Shown here: piece by piece, positions 25,947 to 39,719 of the stretch
How positions within the stretch are numbered: the stretch's first letter is position 1
How the letters are laid out: every line of letters begins with the position of its first letter
Assembly (NCBI GenBank): GCA_050273025.1
Contig: CP158635.1
Span: 31,682,001-31,746,000, forward strand
Length of the DNA: 64,000 nucleotides
Origin: Cenococcum geophilum
Lineage: Eukaryota
Reading direction: 5' to 3'
Translations under genes and position numbers: made by a program
The notes under the pieces: model-generated
Told to the model about the DNA's origin: nothing
Database searches by the model: none
What the model saw: the letters and a program-made list of their open reading frames with translations, nothing else

Positions 25947-28900
25947 TAAAAACACGAATCTTTGCGAAAATTAAAATTTTGAAATAACTCTATAACTACA
26001 ACTCCTAGCGCTCCAATTTAAGCTGCATTCTTCTTGTAAGCCCTTTAGCTATTGAACAATACCCAGAGATAGCCGAAAAGAAGGGTTAGTGGCCTAAAGT
26101 AGGACGCGTTAACCTAAACCATAACGCGTACGGTTAAAACATTACGGTTAAAATCGCTAAGATCCTTAAATTTAGCACTCCGCCGCACGAAAAAGTAGAT
26201 GGGAAGGTCCTCCCGTATAGGGTATACAAGCTCTTCTTTAATTTAGTGTTAAAGTATATTAAAACAGCTCTTAAACAGCCTACTGGAAAGAAACTAGAAG
26301 AGACCCTTATACGTCTTAAACGCTAAATAGAAGCTATTAAGAATATAGTTAAACACATTAAATACAACTAAGAGATAGCTACCCCCTCTACCGCACAAAA
26401 CAGAAGCCCACAGTCAGCCGTTTAAAGCTGGGCGAACGTCACTGCAGCCGCACCACCACCCCCGTCTGTATAGTCACGCCTCTCCGCAAGCGTTGCCCCG
26501 ACTCTAGCCGCACCGGAGTATAAATACGTAGTTATTAAATTTAGCGAAAAGGCTAATACGGAGGTCCTTTAGAGCCTTAGAGAGCTATATAAAGTTATCT
26601 AAGAGAAGCTAAATAACGTACTATCTAAATTGGGTAACGCTCTGGTAAACAAGGCACGGATTACTGCATTAAAGATCCTTAGATCTGGAGACGTTCTTAT
26701 ATTTACTAAGACGCCAGCGTAGGTAGACGACCTACGTAGACACGGAGACGAGTAGGAAAAGATACTAAGAAGGAGCTCTTAAGTAATAAAACCTATATAC
26801 AGAGTAGTAGCACATAGCGTACTAATATGGTCCGTTATTGATATAGATAAGGAGGCTGTAATTAGAAAGTTTAAGCTAGAGAACCATAGGGCATTTAGCA
26901 ACCATAGGATCGTTAAGTGGAGGTGGTTAAAGCCTCTAAAGGAGAAACAGAGAGACGTATCTCTGGTGCTAGAATTCGAGACCGTACTAGGCGCGAACGC
27001 CGTAATCCATGCGGAGGTCCTCTGCTAGGATAGCACCTATAAGAGAACCGAAAAATACAATCGCGCTTGCTAGGTAAGGCGATGTTTTAAATGCTACTAA
27101 TACGGATATATAGGAACCTAATATCGCGAAATAGAGATATGCGGACGATGCGCTGCTTAAGATTATAATATAAAAGACTACAAGGCTAAATAGGCTAGGT
27201 GCTGTCTCTGCTAAGGCAAGTATACCGCCTAGTCGCTAGCCTGCTCTATCTATAGGAAGGAGACGGTACGCGTGGAGGAAGCGAAAGCCAGACTCCGCGT
27301 AAACCTATACTGGCCTAAGAATCTAGTATATATATTACCAGGGCTATTAGAGATAGAGAGTTAAAGTTTAAGCTAACGGAGCTTTTTACCCCTATTACCA
27401 CAGACAACTAAAAGTATAGTAAATACTATAAACGAAATAGATGGGATAGGAACGGAAATAACGGATAGAAGTAATAAAAGAAGGGCCGTACGAAGCCCAA
27501 CAGGGAGCCTAAACGGGAAACCTAGCTAGGATAAAGAGATGGATAACAATAACCCAGAACGGGATACATCACCGATACGGATAGAAAGAAGTAACTGTAA
27601 TATTACTAAAGTAAAACCTAGTATAAAGAGCAGGAAGAATAAACTAAAAGATAATGCTATAATAAGCCGCAGTAAGAGCAGAAAAAAGGAGAAAGAGAAG
27701 GAAAGGGAGATAATTGAGATTGTTATAGACGAATAAGCGGAAATTAAAGACGAGGGCTTTAACCTTAGTAGCAGCTTATAGTACTCCACACGGAGTTTAG
27801 AGAAAGCACCCACACTACTACGGATAGATATATCCGGCCGTTTGTAATAACGGAGGACCCGGATATCCGCACTATTAGGGTTCTGCAATATAATATAGGA
27901 AAGAGCTATATAAGAATGCAGGAGCTCCTGCAAGATAAGCAGATTTGGTAGTACGACGTAATTGCTATCTAGGAGGTGTGGCACAGTAAGAGACCGGAAA
28001 GGGACCTCCCTACGACCACGAATCCAATTAGCGACAGGTTCTACCTATATTACCTACCTTACTAGGAAACACGGGTGTGTCTTTTTATTAACAGAAGCAT
28101 TCTAATTAGATACCTCCGCATTATAGATTACGGTGGCAACCTTATAGCAGTGTTAATTATAAGCTAAGGGGAAGAACAACAGTATATAATTATAGTATTC
28201 AACATCTATAACCCGAACCCCCTCCTACTATATAATTGGTTGGACGGCCTCCTAAGAGGCTGCATACTCCTAAAGCTAAATAATGCCTTAAGAAGAACGA
28301 ACGGACTAGACTATAGCACCGTAGTCGTAGAAGACTTTAATCTCCACTACCCTAGATAGGGAGGACCTGAAGCTGGGTATAACTATAGGGTAGTAGCAGA
28401 ATACCTTATTAAAGTAACAGAAAATAACGGGCTTAAACTAGGCTTTAAGCCAGGGCTTATTATAAGACTAGCTAAGGGAGTAGGTATTAACCCCTTAACA
28501 ATTAACCTTAGCTTTATTACCTTAGATATAGTAGACCACTTAATCTAAATAGGAATTAACAAGGAGTTTAATAAAGGCTTTAACTATCTTCCGGTAGAAA
28601 CAGTGTTTGGATACCGGCTTAAATAAGAAGAGGAGCTAACTAGGCGACTCTTTAAGAAGATAAATAAAGAAATCTTTTATAACGTACTCTAAGATCTCCT
28701 AGAAGTGCCCCTAGTTTTATTATAGGACTAAATTAACGCAATAATTATTAGAGTTATAGACACCCTTACTAAAGCCGTAGAACTCTCCACACTAGTAGCT
28801 AAGCTTAGCCTGTAATCTAAACTAGGATAGACGGATAAATATATATAAGCAATTAAGGCGGAATAACGCGTATATAGGCACTTTAACAGACACCTAATTA

Positions 28901-31900
28901 AAGAAAACTATATTATACTGTAAATAGCAAGGCGAGAGAAGGACAAAGCTATTAGGAAAGTAACTAAAATAGAGTATAGAAATAAAGTAAGCGAGGTCAA
29001 AGATATAAAGGGACTTTGGTCCCTATATGCTTGGGCCCGAAAATAGAACACTATAAGAACTATATTTACGCCGGATATTAGAGACGTAATAGGTACCCTA
29101 TAATGTACTATAGAAGGGAAAACAAAAGCCCTTAAGGCCTCTTTCTTTTTAACACCACCGCCTGCGGATTTAAAAGACCTATACGACTACCAATATCCGA
29201 ACCCCCTATAGGTCCCAGATATTAAAACTTAGGAGGTAAAAGAAGCTATTAAGATAACTAGCCCTAGTAAAGCACTAGGGGAGGACTAGCTTTTAAGCCG
29301 CGTGCTCTATAAGGCTATAAAGGAACTAAAAGAACCATTAACCCGACTGTTTAACTAATGCCTTATAATAGGATACTGCCCTATATACTTTTGAAGATTA
29401 ATTACTATAGTACTGAGAAAACTAAAGAAAGGAGACTTTAAGGACCCTAAGATGTATAGACTAATAGCCTTACTAAATATAGTAGGCAAGGTTATAGATA
29501 AAGTACTTATAAAACGGATGCTCTTTATAGCGGACGCCTATAGCCTCCTACTACGCACCTACACGGGTGGAAGAGCAGTAGTAGGTTGTAAATATGCGAT
29601 ATATCTCCTTCTAGAGAAGATATACGCTGTATAGTAAACGGGCGATAAGGACGTAGTAAGCCTGCTTATACTCGACGTAAGTGGAGTATTTAATAACGTA
29701 TTACACCGGAGGCTTATTTACTGCCTATGGAAACGAAGAATCCCTATACTAATAGTTAAATAGATCTAAAGCTTTCTTATAGGAAGGTTTATATATATTA
29801 AACTACCAGAAGGAATATTAGAAAGATTCCCTACACTAATAGGAATTCCCTAAGGCTCACCAATATTGCTAATATTGTACCTTTTCTATAACGCCGATCT
29901 TTTAGATATCGCTATAAACGAAGACGGACTAAGGCACGGCCTAGTTATAGGGTACATTAATAATATAAGTATAATGGTAAACGGGAGAAACACGGAAGAG
30001 ACAATAAAGACGCTGTTAATGCTATATAAGAGAGCAGAGAAGTGGGCATATAGATACGCCTCGGTATTCGCACTATAAAAGTACGAACTTATCCACTTTG
30101 TACGGCCTAGGAAGAAGGCCTTGGAAGAGGAACGCAAGCGTCCGCTAGCGCTTATACTAAAGGATAGAAGAACTTAAATAGTATAACTAATAACGAAAGC
30201 TAGATACCTTGGCGTTATATTAGACGACAAGCTAATAGGGAAAGCGCACTTAGACTATATAGCGGAAAGATCTATAAGCTAACTTATATGCCTTTTAGGC
30301 ATTGTAGGATTTATATAGGGTATTATAACCGGACATATACGCTAACTCTATATAGCTATAGTTATGCCACGTATACTCTATGTAGCCTTCTGCTAGTATA
30401 TACCAGACGGAGGGCGTGGTTTTATAGATAGAATAAAGAATATCCACTAAGTTCTATCACGAATTTAGTATAAAGCACTTTGCCTTATAATAGGAGCTTT
30501 TAGAACTACCGCTAAGGCTAAACTAGAAGTAGAGATGCATATCCTACTAATTAAAATATCGCTCTACTAGGCGGTTAAGTCCTCTCTAAACCGAATTAAG
30601 GGATCGCTATTATACTATAAGATTTAATAACTATAGAGATCCACCCTATTAAAGTTTAAATGGTACAGCCCTCTCCAGAAATTAGAGTATATGGTATTAC
30701 TCCGCCTTAGGAAAGAGATACCTCCTATAGAAGTAATCCGTCTAAAAATTATCTACCTGTAAACTAAGCTACTAAAGATCTATATTACTAAAGGGATAGA
30801 AGTAGGCAAGCTTAAATATAACTAAATTATATAGGAAGCTAAGAACAACCTAGGATACATGCTGGTATATATAAACGGTAGTAAAATTAACAGAGAGGTG
30901 GGAGCTTTAGCGTGTATCCCTAAACTAGGAGCTAAAGCAGCTAACTATATAGGAACGAACTAAGTTAGTATAGTGTATGCGGGAGAGCTAAGAGGGCTAT
31001 AGCTAGCTCTTGACCTAGCACTTAAGCACTCGCTAATAATTAGAAGATTAACAATATTTATAGATAATTAAGTAGTAATATAAGTAGTAGCCAAACTATA
31101 GAACTACTTAGGCTAGTACCTAGTCTATAGGGTACGTAAAAGACTACGAGCTATATAGATGCTAAGCATATGGGTAGTAATACACTAGGTCCTATTATAT
31201 GTAGATATTAAAGGGAATAAATAAGCGGATATTTTAGCGAAGATAGCAATGGGGTAGAGAGAAGGAGGAGAGATAGAACTAAAAGCCCCTACCTTTCTGT
31301 TACTCTAAAGCCTATTATCTGTAGTAAAGAGAACAATTAAAGCAAGACTAGGAAACTATTAGGTAAATAAGTAGGAGACAGGAGAGACCGGGAGAGAATT
31401 GTATAGACTAGTACTAAAAATCTTAAAGTAGAGACTAAGGGTGCATGGGGGTTTACTAAAGGCTTTCTCTGCTACCCTTATATAGATCTATATGGGTAAG
31501 GTAGCCCTTAAAAGCTACCTCTATAGGATTAAACGCACGCCTAACTTAAGGTATATGTGCGGGGACGAATAGATAGGGCGACACGTCCTAATTAAATGCC
31601 CCAACTTTAAGGATCTAAGGAAAGCAGTCTGGCTGTATAATAGCTAACCTTAAAGCTATAAATCGATCTTAAACCTAGTATGGTTAGTAAAGAAAGCAGT
31701 ATAATATATAGTATAAATAGGCCTTCTAGGGCAGTTTCTGGAGGCTAGGAATAGACTTAAAGTAACTAACTAAGTCTCTCTTAGTAATTATACGCGACGT
31801 TAGCGAAAGATGGATAGTATTAAAGTAAGAACTCTAGGCCCGTAAAATAGGCCTAGCTCTAATATACGGTACGGAACGGAGGTAATTTATATACTCACTA

Positions 31901-32199
31901 CTTTTTAATTATTTAATTTCGATTATCTCCTTTATATAGGAACTTACCCTACTTATATATATCCTTATAATTATATTGCTCTAGTGTTTAATTCTCGATT
32001 TAGATTTGGCGATTTTAGGCGTTTGCTTCTCTCCTAGGCACTATACACCTATAGTACGTAGTAGATAGGCGGATGAGGGCCTTACGGAATTACTGCTGTA
32101 GGTAAGACGGGTGATTACCTAGGATCTACCTCTGTAAAATAGAAGACCCGGTATAGCGCCCTTAGGGCAGCTAAAACGGTGTATAATTTCAAAAAAAAA
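25947..32199 (+). mobile_element. Full-length Tad1-like LINE (ORF1 CCHC; ORF2 APE-RT-RNase H), RIP-degraded
   Basis: 14-bp TSD CTAGCACTTTATTA at 25933-25946 and 32200-32213; A-tail; ORF1 zinc knuckles ~27080-27245; endonuclease DFNLHYP ~28333; RT GIP*GSP and GYINNI ~29843-29968; RNase H YINGS ~30868. Confidence 0.95.
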
Positions 32200-32703
32200 C
32201 TAGCACTTTATTAAGAACTATAGTAGGGTTACCTAACATTTTACCCGCCTTACTAGAAAAGACTAGCCTTTTTACTTTAATGCTATATATAAGCAGGCCT
32301 TTAATAAGCTTAAAAAGAGGCTAGTCTCTACTCTATTACTCGCCTATTTTTACCTAAAACGGCCCTTAATGCTAGAAACTAACGCCTTAGATAGTATAAT
32401 AGCTAGCGTTTACTTCTAAAAGCAGCTAAATAGAGAATAGCACCCTATTACTTATAATTTAAGGACTTATTAGAGGGGTTTTAATAAACTAACGGAAGGT
32501 GTTCTGATAAAAGGTAATGTAACTTAAGTCGAGGCGATTGTCGCGTACTAGCAGTATATAGTTAGTAGGACCTTTCGTTAGATTTAAGTCTTGGCAAATA
32601 TTAGAAGTTTTAATAAATATTTTTATTAGAACTTTAACCTAGCCACCTATTTTATTTATAGCAGCTAGCGATTCCAAATTTTCTATAGTTAATCCTTGCT
32701 ATT

Positions 32704-33738
32704 ATGTCTTTTGATCCTAAGCGCTATATTAATTAAACCGTCGAGCTGGTTTAGCAAATAAGACGCGACGCTGGCGCTGCTGAAGTTAAGCCTAGTTAAA
32801 GCCACTAACCCTAAAATATTATTACCAAAACCGTTAAGTAAGCAATTTGAATAGAGTGTGGCTTAAATAGCGAGGCTCTAGAGCAGCCGCTAAGATATAT
32901 AAGATGGGGTTCTAATAAACTAGAGTTAAGCGGGAGTGAGGATAATTATAGTTGGAGGAAGAAGTCTTATATTAAAGTAGTTGAGAAGAAAGCGTTGGCT
33001 AAGCTAGTGGCTACTATTTGCCATACTAAGCTTAATTGGCGTGGAAAGGATGAATTCTGGAGGATTTTTATACGCAGGCGATATAAAGCTGGAGGCCCTA
33101 AGTATAATTGGCATATAGTTAAGAGCTTTCTTTAAAGGGAAATGAAGGAACGAATAAGAGAAGTAGATAAAGATGACACCTCTAGCTAAGAGATTCGCTA
33201 AAGTGACTACTACTCTTACCTTAATATCCTTATTAAACGAACTAATCTTATATCCGCTCCCTTAGAAAAATGAGTTAAATAAGCTTAGTAGTAGGCGGCA
33301 AAGTAGCGAATAAGGGAGAATCTTTATAGGTACCTTGGCTAGAAGCGTTGTGCGGGTAAGGTTCTTAATAAGGAAGATTCTGGCTTAATATTAAGTTATA
33401 AGGGAGGTAGTAAGGAAGGCTCTACCTCTTCTGCTTAAAGCTAAATGCAGAAGCGGAATAACTAATTAATTGTATAAAGTATATAAAAGCTTGCCGCCGC
33501 TAATAAGAACTTAGCTAGGACTCTTGCTGCTGCGTTTAGGGAGCCTGCTTCTCACTTAATTACTACTATAGATACTATTAGTTGTACGGAACTTAATAAG
33601 AAGCTTAATTAGATAGATAAAAGGAACCGCTAGCGGCTAGAGGCACTTAAGAGAAGGTAGGAGGAGAGGCAGAACGAGCTTTTGCGTATGCTTTAAGCGG
33701 TGGTTAGTAAAAGGCGTAAGGAAGGTAGTAGGCAATAA
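32704..33738 (+). pseudogene. Harbinger accessory ORF (charged/helical protein, domain not identified)
   Basis: ATG at 32704 opens a RIP-interrupted, charged, coding-like frame that converges on the transposase, as expected for PHIS elements. Confidence 0.5.
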
Positions 33739-33789
33739 GAAAATACTTCTTTAGGTACAGGTGGGGAAGAGGAGGTGAGAAGCTCTATA

Positions 33790-35000
33790 TACTATAGGAA
33801 AATAGGCAAATTCGCCTCTATATCTCTAGAGTACACTAAAGAGTAAAGCTTAATTAGACGTCTAGCTAACGCCGCTTAACTTCTACTTTTTATCTATACT
33901 ATGTAAATACATTATTAATAAAGGTGGTAATAACCTAAACGTCTCTAATATTTGATTCCTCCCTTATAAACACGTTTAACAGTTTAATAAAAAAGCTATA
34001 ACCTGTATATATAAAGTAATAGGACATAAGCCAACCTCTAATACTCGAAAGTAGGTAAGTAGCTTAAAGTTTGATTTAATAGCGCTAAACCTATACTTTA
34101 CTACAATTCTCTTAGTTAATAGTCACTGATTAAGAGCTCGCTGACTTAGTATAATTATGTAAGATCTAGAGTTCTTATACGGTCCTAAAACTCCCCATTA
34201 TAAACTAAAAGTAGTATTACCGTATATAAAGCGGCTCTAGTCTTCCGGCAGGAAGCTAAGTAGATTTTATAACTTTTTATTAAAATCAATCTTAATATAA
34301 AGCGTAGTATTACCGCTAGTAGAAGGAAGCCTAGTAAAGACAGCGCTAAATAAGCCGTTTAGAAGAATAATCGCGAGGTGACCGAGTAAGTGTTATTTCT
34401 TATAGCTACTCTAAAATCATCTTTAATTTTCCTTACTAGGCTAGTAAATACGAATCTCTATTCCGTCGATAAAGCTAAATATAGAATTATTGCTAAATAA
34501 ATTGCCTATTGCCTTAGTATACTCCTTAATTTATTTAGCCGACATTATCTACTTATCTAGTGTAATTCTCTTACCCTACCTCTCTATAATATTATCTAGA
34601 ACCCTATTCCAGACTTATAAGAGCTAAGGTTAGCTTCTTCTAAAGAAAGGTATTAGGTAACTAAGCGATAGAGGATAAGTGCAGCGCCAAAGGAAGACGA
34701 GGAGTGACTCCTCTAGTAAAGTTGTTAAGGTATTTAGCCAGCCGGATTGTGGATTAATCGCGAACTTAGTAGGTAGATTAATTACCTAAGTTAACTTTCT
34801 AACCTCATCTTTAGTAAAGCGGGTAAAAAACTCAAAATATTTATTATTTAAACCCCCTTCGTTCTTAGGTAGCTATATATTAATAAGCTTCTAAATAGGG
34901 CTAAATCTCTTAAAAGGCTTCTACGGCTATACTAGTTCAGTGTTAGTAAATAAGGCAGCTAGCGCGGTAGCTATAGCGTTGTTATTGTTTATTTGTAGTA
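33790..35000 (-). pseudogene. Harbinger DDE transposase (DDE_Tnp_4-like)
   Basis: Minus frame reads SSYKK*HLLGHLAIILLNG, FIYGNTTF and RALNQ*LLTKRIVVKYRFSAIK; de-RIP: SGYKK.H, YGD.AF and RIVVEHGFG.IK. Ends are approximate. Confidence 0.85.
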
Positions 35001-35359
35001 GCTATAAGGCAGCAGCAAAAAATATACAACGTTTAAGCTTGTTTATACTAAGGATATTAATATAGTGGTGAGGTGGTTAATAAGGGCAAAGCCCTTAATT
35101 CGCTTCTATCGAAACCCCTATTTAACTAATTTGACAAAAGGTCGCGCTTAACGTATATATAAGCACTAAAACTTAGCGTTACCTTCCGTTAGATACCTTC
35201 CGTCAGTTCATCGAAACCCCTCTATTAGGAAAAAAAATTTTGGCCCCATTATTATAAGCGAAAATCGGGGTCTATAAAACCTGCGTAAGTTGCAATTTTG
35301 GCAATTTGTGGGCAATTTGTAGCAATTTGCTATAAATATATAGACTACCTATGTACGCG

Positions 35360-35700
35360 CAAGCTCTGCACGAAGCTCTATACGAATCTCTATATAAAGC
35401 TCTATATAAAGCTCTATACGAAGCTTTATACGAGGCTCTATATAAAGCTTTATATATAGAGGCTCTGCATAAGGCTTTATATAAAGCTCTATATAAAGCT
35501 CTACGTACTAAGGCTCTGTATAAGGCTCTATATAAAGCTCTATACGAAGCTTTATACAAAGCTCTATATAAAGCTCTACACGAAGCTCTATATAAAGCTT
35601 TATATAAAGTTCTATACAAAGCTCTATATAAAGCTCTATGAAGCTCTACACAAAGCTCTATATATAGAGGCTCTGCACAAGGCTCTACGCGAAGCTCTGC
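35360..35700 (+). repeat. 12-bp minisatellite (GAAGCTCTATAC-like) in the left arm of the Academ-like element
   Basis: More than 20 degenerate tandem units; a short copy recurs at ~45870-45900. Confidence 0.9.
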
Positions 35701-36527
35701 GTATATTATTTTATAAATTAGACGCTCTGTAAAAGATTTGTTCCGTAATATAGGATAATATATAGACCCTCTAAAACGCCTGCAAACTCCTAAGCTAATT
35801 AGAATAGCGCCCTAACTCCTACTAACTCCTGCTAACTCCTAGACCAATTAGAACAACGCACTAATTTCAGCCCTTTACGCACCCCTATTATCCAATAAAA
35901 TCTTCTATAAAGCGTCTAAGAGCTTATAGGAGTCGCTTTGGTAAGAAATAAATGTTTTAGATCGCGTATTTTAACTTTAACTGGCTCTACTAAGGCCCCA
36001 CCAATAGTTATTAATGCTTTATTCGATGCATTTTAATCTTAAGGTAATAATCTTTAATTCTATATATATAAAGGCTAATTATAACGCAGTTAAAGGCACG
36101 AGATATATTGTGCAAAACCTTGACCGCGTTTTTAAAAGGAATCTTCGCAATACCTATAAACCGTTCCTCCTACTACCATCCACACCATAACCATATTACG
36201 TCTATTTTTGTCCCTAGCTAAGTCCTATAACCTCCTATAAACTTCTATAAACTTCTGCGAACTCCTAGGCCAGTTAGATCGCTTATATATAGAACCCTAG
36301 GGCGCGTTACTAGCGTTACTCCTCTATATATACCTGTTACCGATTAAAGAACAGCTAATTTATATTCTTTTTAACTCCTATAAACTCCTACAAACTCCTG
36401 CAAACTCCTGTAAACTTCTAGGCCAATTAGATGCCTAAACAAAATCGCAATTATAGAAAGAAATGATATAAGGGTCGGCGGAAGACGGGGGCGGGTGGGG
36501 TAGAGGTTTGTCTACGCCTAATACTAT

Positions 36528-36775
36528 TGTGGGAGGGTACGACCACTCTCAGATAGGAAAGTCACAGTGCCGTCTGTCTGTCGGTCGGTCGGTCGGTCGG
36601 TCGGTCGGTCGGTCGGTCGTCAGTCGTAATCAATCAGTAGGAAAGCAGTCAGTAAGAAGAAAGGAAAGAATGTATTCTCGGTAGGTTGTGGTGTCCAAGA
36701 AGGAGGGAAGCCGAAGCCTCTATAAATACAGGAGAATGCCAAGGTACTAGGCGTGAGACATTTTACCCCATCACA
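36528..36775 (+). mobile_element. Solo LTR (248 bp), 4-bp TSD CTAT, with (GTCG)n microsatellite and TATA box
   Basis: TGTGGGAGGG...CCCCATCACA flanked by CTAT at 36524-36527 and 36776-36779; TATAAATA at 36721; removal restores the helicase frame. Confidence 0.8.
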
Positions 36776-37580
36776 CTATAACTAGGTCGTATTGTAGCAA
36801 TCAGTTTAATAGACCTAGAAGAATTGCTATCTATTATTAAGGAAGCTCGGCGTAAGGAAAATGTTCTATTATAAATGGCCGTTCTAAAAGCATATTTTAA
36901 ACGAATACTCTAGTATATAAACCTAGGAGGCCGCCCTTAAATACCTTATTTTAAATAGATACGCATCCTAAGACGTCTAATCTTTGGTTTTAGTAATACA
37001 CTTCTTATTGCACGCATAGGTTTTAGAAAGAGTCTTATTTTTTTATACTTTTTCAATCTTAATAGGCAAGATTACTATTTAGTTAGTCCTACTAAGCAAG
37101 CTTAGCGAAGAATAGTTAGATAATATCTAGAAGCTTAATAGCTCTAATCCGTACCTTATTACTGCTAAGAGTAGGAGCCTAGATAGGGCCCTAATTAAAA
37201 AAGTAAAGGACGGTGTATATATATACGTGCTTCTTAGTCCTAAGTAGGCCTCGTTAAAGTCTTTCTAAAATACGTTAAAGAGCGCGGAACTGTAGGCTAG
37301 GGTTAGTCTTATTATAATTAATAACTGTTATCTAGTAAAGTAATAGAAATCGTTCCGACTGACGTTTATAATATTAGGCGAGCTATAGACAATACTTTGT
37401 TAGGATGTAGTTTAGTTTGGTTATTTTGCTACACTTAATAAGGAGGCAGAATAACTAGTTCTTAGCAACGCCGGTTTTCGCTCTATAGGTGACCGTATAT
37501 ACCAGACTAAGGTTATTAGGACTTCTATAAATCGCCCCAATGTCTTAATCTGCGTACTACCGCTTAGTAAAGGCAAGGTA

Positions 37581-39719
37581 AAAAGCTTCACCACACATGC
37601 AACCTTACCAAAAGGTGGCGCCGCACTTCAAAACTTACGCATACCCATCTTACCATCAAAAACAATCGATTTCCTAACTTTCAAGACCTAATTCTCACTG
37701 CCTAGCGAGCTAGAGGTGGATTTATTTGTCATTTTACCCCCTTTCCCCTAGCAGAAAATTCTTCTTAGGGGTGGTCCTAGCTTATAAGCGAGGCACGGAT
37801 AGGAACACCAAAACTACGACTACTACTACGAATACCAATAGGGGCTAGTCTTTCTACTACCTTTTAGCCTAATCTCCCCAGAAATCTTCTAGTAGGATTA
37901 GTAAGGAGAAAGGGTATAAAGATAGTAAAAACTAGAAGCCCCCCTATAAGATATAAAATGCCAAGGCCTAATAGGTCTAAAAAAAAACCTCCTATAGAAA
38001 TAAGTGATGAAGATTCTACATCTACTTTTTCTCCCCCTTCTCCTTCTCCTGGCCCGTTTAGGACAGGAGAAAAAAGAGGACATCCTCAGTCTTCTCCTAA
38101 AAAAGAAAACCAAAAACCTATAAAAAAGACAATAAAACCAACGACTACTACAGATAGTATGCACAATATACCTCTCTCTTCCCTTTCTCCGGAGGAACAT
38201 CTATGCGAGGCTTTAAGAAGCCTAATCCAGGCCTATAGAGGGCTAGAAGGAGAAGAGCAAGAAGAACAAGTTGGACAGCTAGTAGACTATACACAAAATA
38301 TCCTAATAGGAAAAAACCCCTTTGCAAAAGAAGAAGAAGAAGAAGAGGCAAAAGAGGTCCTAGAAGGACTAGTAGAAGAAGTAAGAGCTCTCCGTAAGGA
38401 GGTAGCTTCTACCAAAAATACTTACGCAGAGAGACTAAAGAAGGACCTCCCTTCTTCTTCGTCCTCCCTACCCTCCTCATTATCACCACCACTACCTTCT
38501 ACCCCTTCTCCTTCTAGTAGGGGTTCTACTTCTACTAGAAGTAAGAAAAAGCAGCTATAAGAAAGGAAGCTAGTCCTAATTACAAACGAAAAGGACCAAC
38601 CTCTAGATACCTTCTCTATACGAAATAAAGTTAATTAACTATTTGCATCAAAACTGCAAGTAAAAAAGCCAGTTCTAGCGTCTATAGCTAGAACTAAAGG
38701 AAAACAAAATATTTTCCTTACGACTACAGAAGAGTATAATGCAGATTTCCTAGTTAAATATAAGGAGATCTGGCAAAACTGCTTTACCTTTTAAAGAGAA
38801 CAAAAACTAGAACTATGGGTTCAAATTATAGCCCATGGGGTTCCTACCCTACCGTTCTTAGGAGAAGGAGGCTCTAAGCTTCTAAAAGAGGAAATTGAGA
38901 CTTTTAATCCTATAAGGATACAAGGACTACCTAGATGGATCTCATCTAGTGTAAAAAGACACGATCCACAGACCAGATTTGGCTCTATAGTTTTTACTAT
39001 AGAGAACGAAGAAAAAAGACAAGAAATCCTCAAGCAAAAAGAGATATTAATTGCAGGTACAGCTACTAAGGTAGTAAAATACCTCGAAGTCTCTCCTACT
39101 ACGCAGTGTAATAGCTACCAAAAATTTGGCCATATAGGAGACAGATGCTCTACTAGGGCCTGTAGATATTGTGCGGCTGCACATCTATCTAAAGACCACT
39201 GCTGTCCTACTTGCTTAATAAGCGGCAGGCCTTGCAAGCATACCACCCCTCTTTGCATTAATTGTAAAGAAAAACACTTTGCTAATAGTAGAGACTGCGA
39301 GAATCTTAGAGTAGCTAAACTAGTACATAATACTAGCGTAGAAGACTCTATGGAAGAATAAAATTAATAGGAGTCTAGAAGGAGGTAACTCCTACTAGGC
39401 TCTTAGGTTAAAAGACAGTAGAGAGCAAAAGGACAGAAATAAATTGCAAAAGGACAGGGACAGGGGTCAGGATTTCTTACAGTTTTTCTTACTATTTTCT
39501 CATTCCCTAGTAGTTGTAGTATCTTAGTATTTTTACTAGGAAACTATAAACTCCTAATTTAGGGGTTTATAAACTACTAGGACATAGCTACTAGTATATA
39601 TTAAGCTGCCTAAGAAAAGGATTTATGTATATAGAACTATAGCGCCATAGCCAAAAGGCTGCATGCGCAGTATTGTACGTAGTATAATACAACGGATAAA
39701 AAAAAAAAGAAAAAAAAAA
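37581..39719 (+). mobile_element. ORF1-only non-autonomous LINE derivative (~2.1 kb)
   Basis: TSD (AAA)GGCAAGGTA before 37581 and after the poly(A); 5' UTR, a single gag-like ORF, short 3' UTR, poly(A); no room for an RT. Confidence 0.9.
37958..39361 (+). pseudogene. LINE ORF1 gag-like nucleic-acid-binding protein with C-terminal CCHC knuckles
   Basis: The 200-aa track ORF continues in frame through a few TAA stops to IIAHGVP, PRWIS, QCNSYQKFGHIGDRC, CRYCAAAHLSKDH and CINCKEKHFANSRDC. Confidence 0.85.

Larger units (their letters stand above)
32472..35223. mobile_element. PIF/Harbinger (PHIS) DNA transposon with two convergent genes
   Basis: TIRs AGAGGGGTTTTAATAAACTAACGGAAGGT / ACCTTCCGTCAGTTCATCGAAACCCCTCT; 3-bp TSD ATT at 32469-32471 and 35224-35226. 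Confidence 0.9.

Noticed and set aside
32060..32190. Possible hammerhead or HDV ribozyme in the LINE 3' UTR
   Set aside because: The CTGATGA core is absent (GGATGAG here, GGACGAT in the second copy); only generic stems are present.
35272..35641. ORFs with ALYKALYE / RALYRA repeats
   Set aside because: They are translations of a 12-bp minisatellite that is open on both strands.
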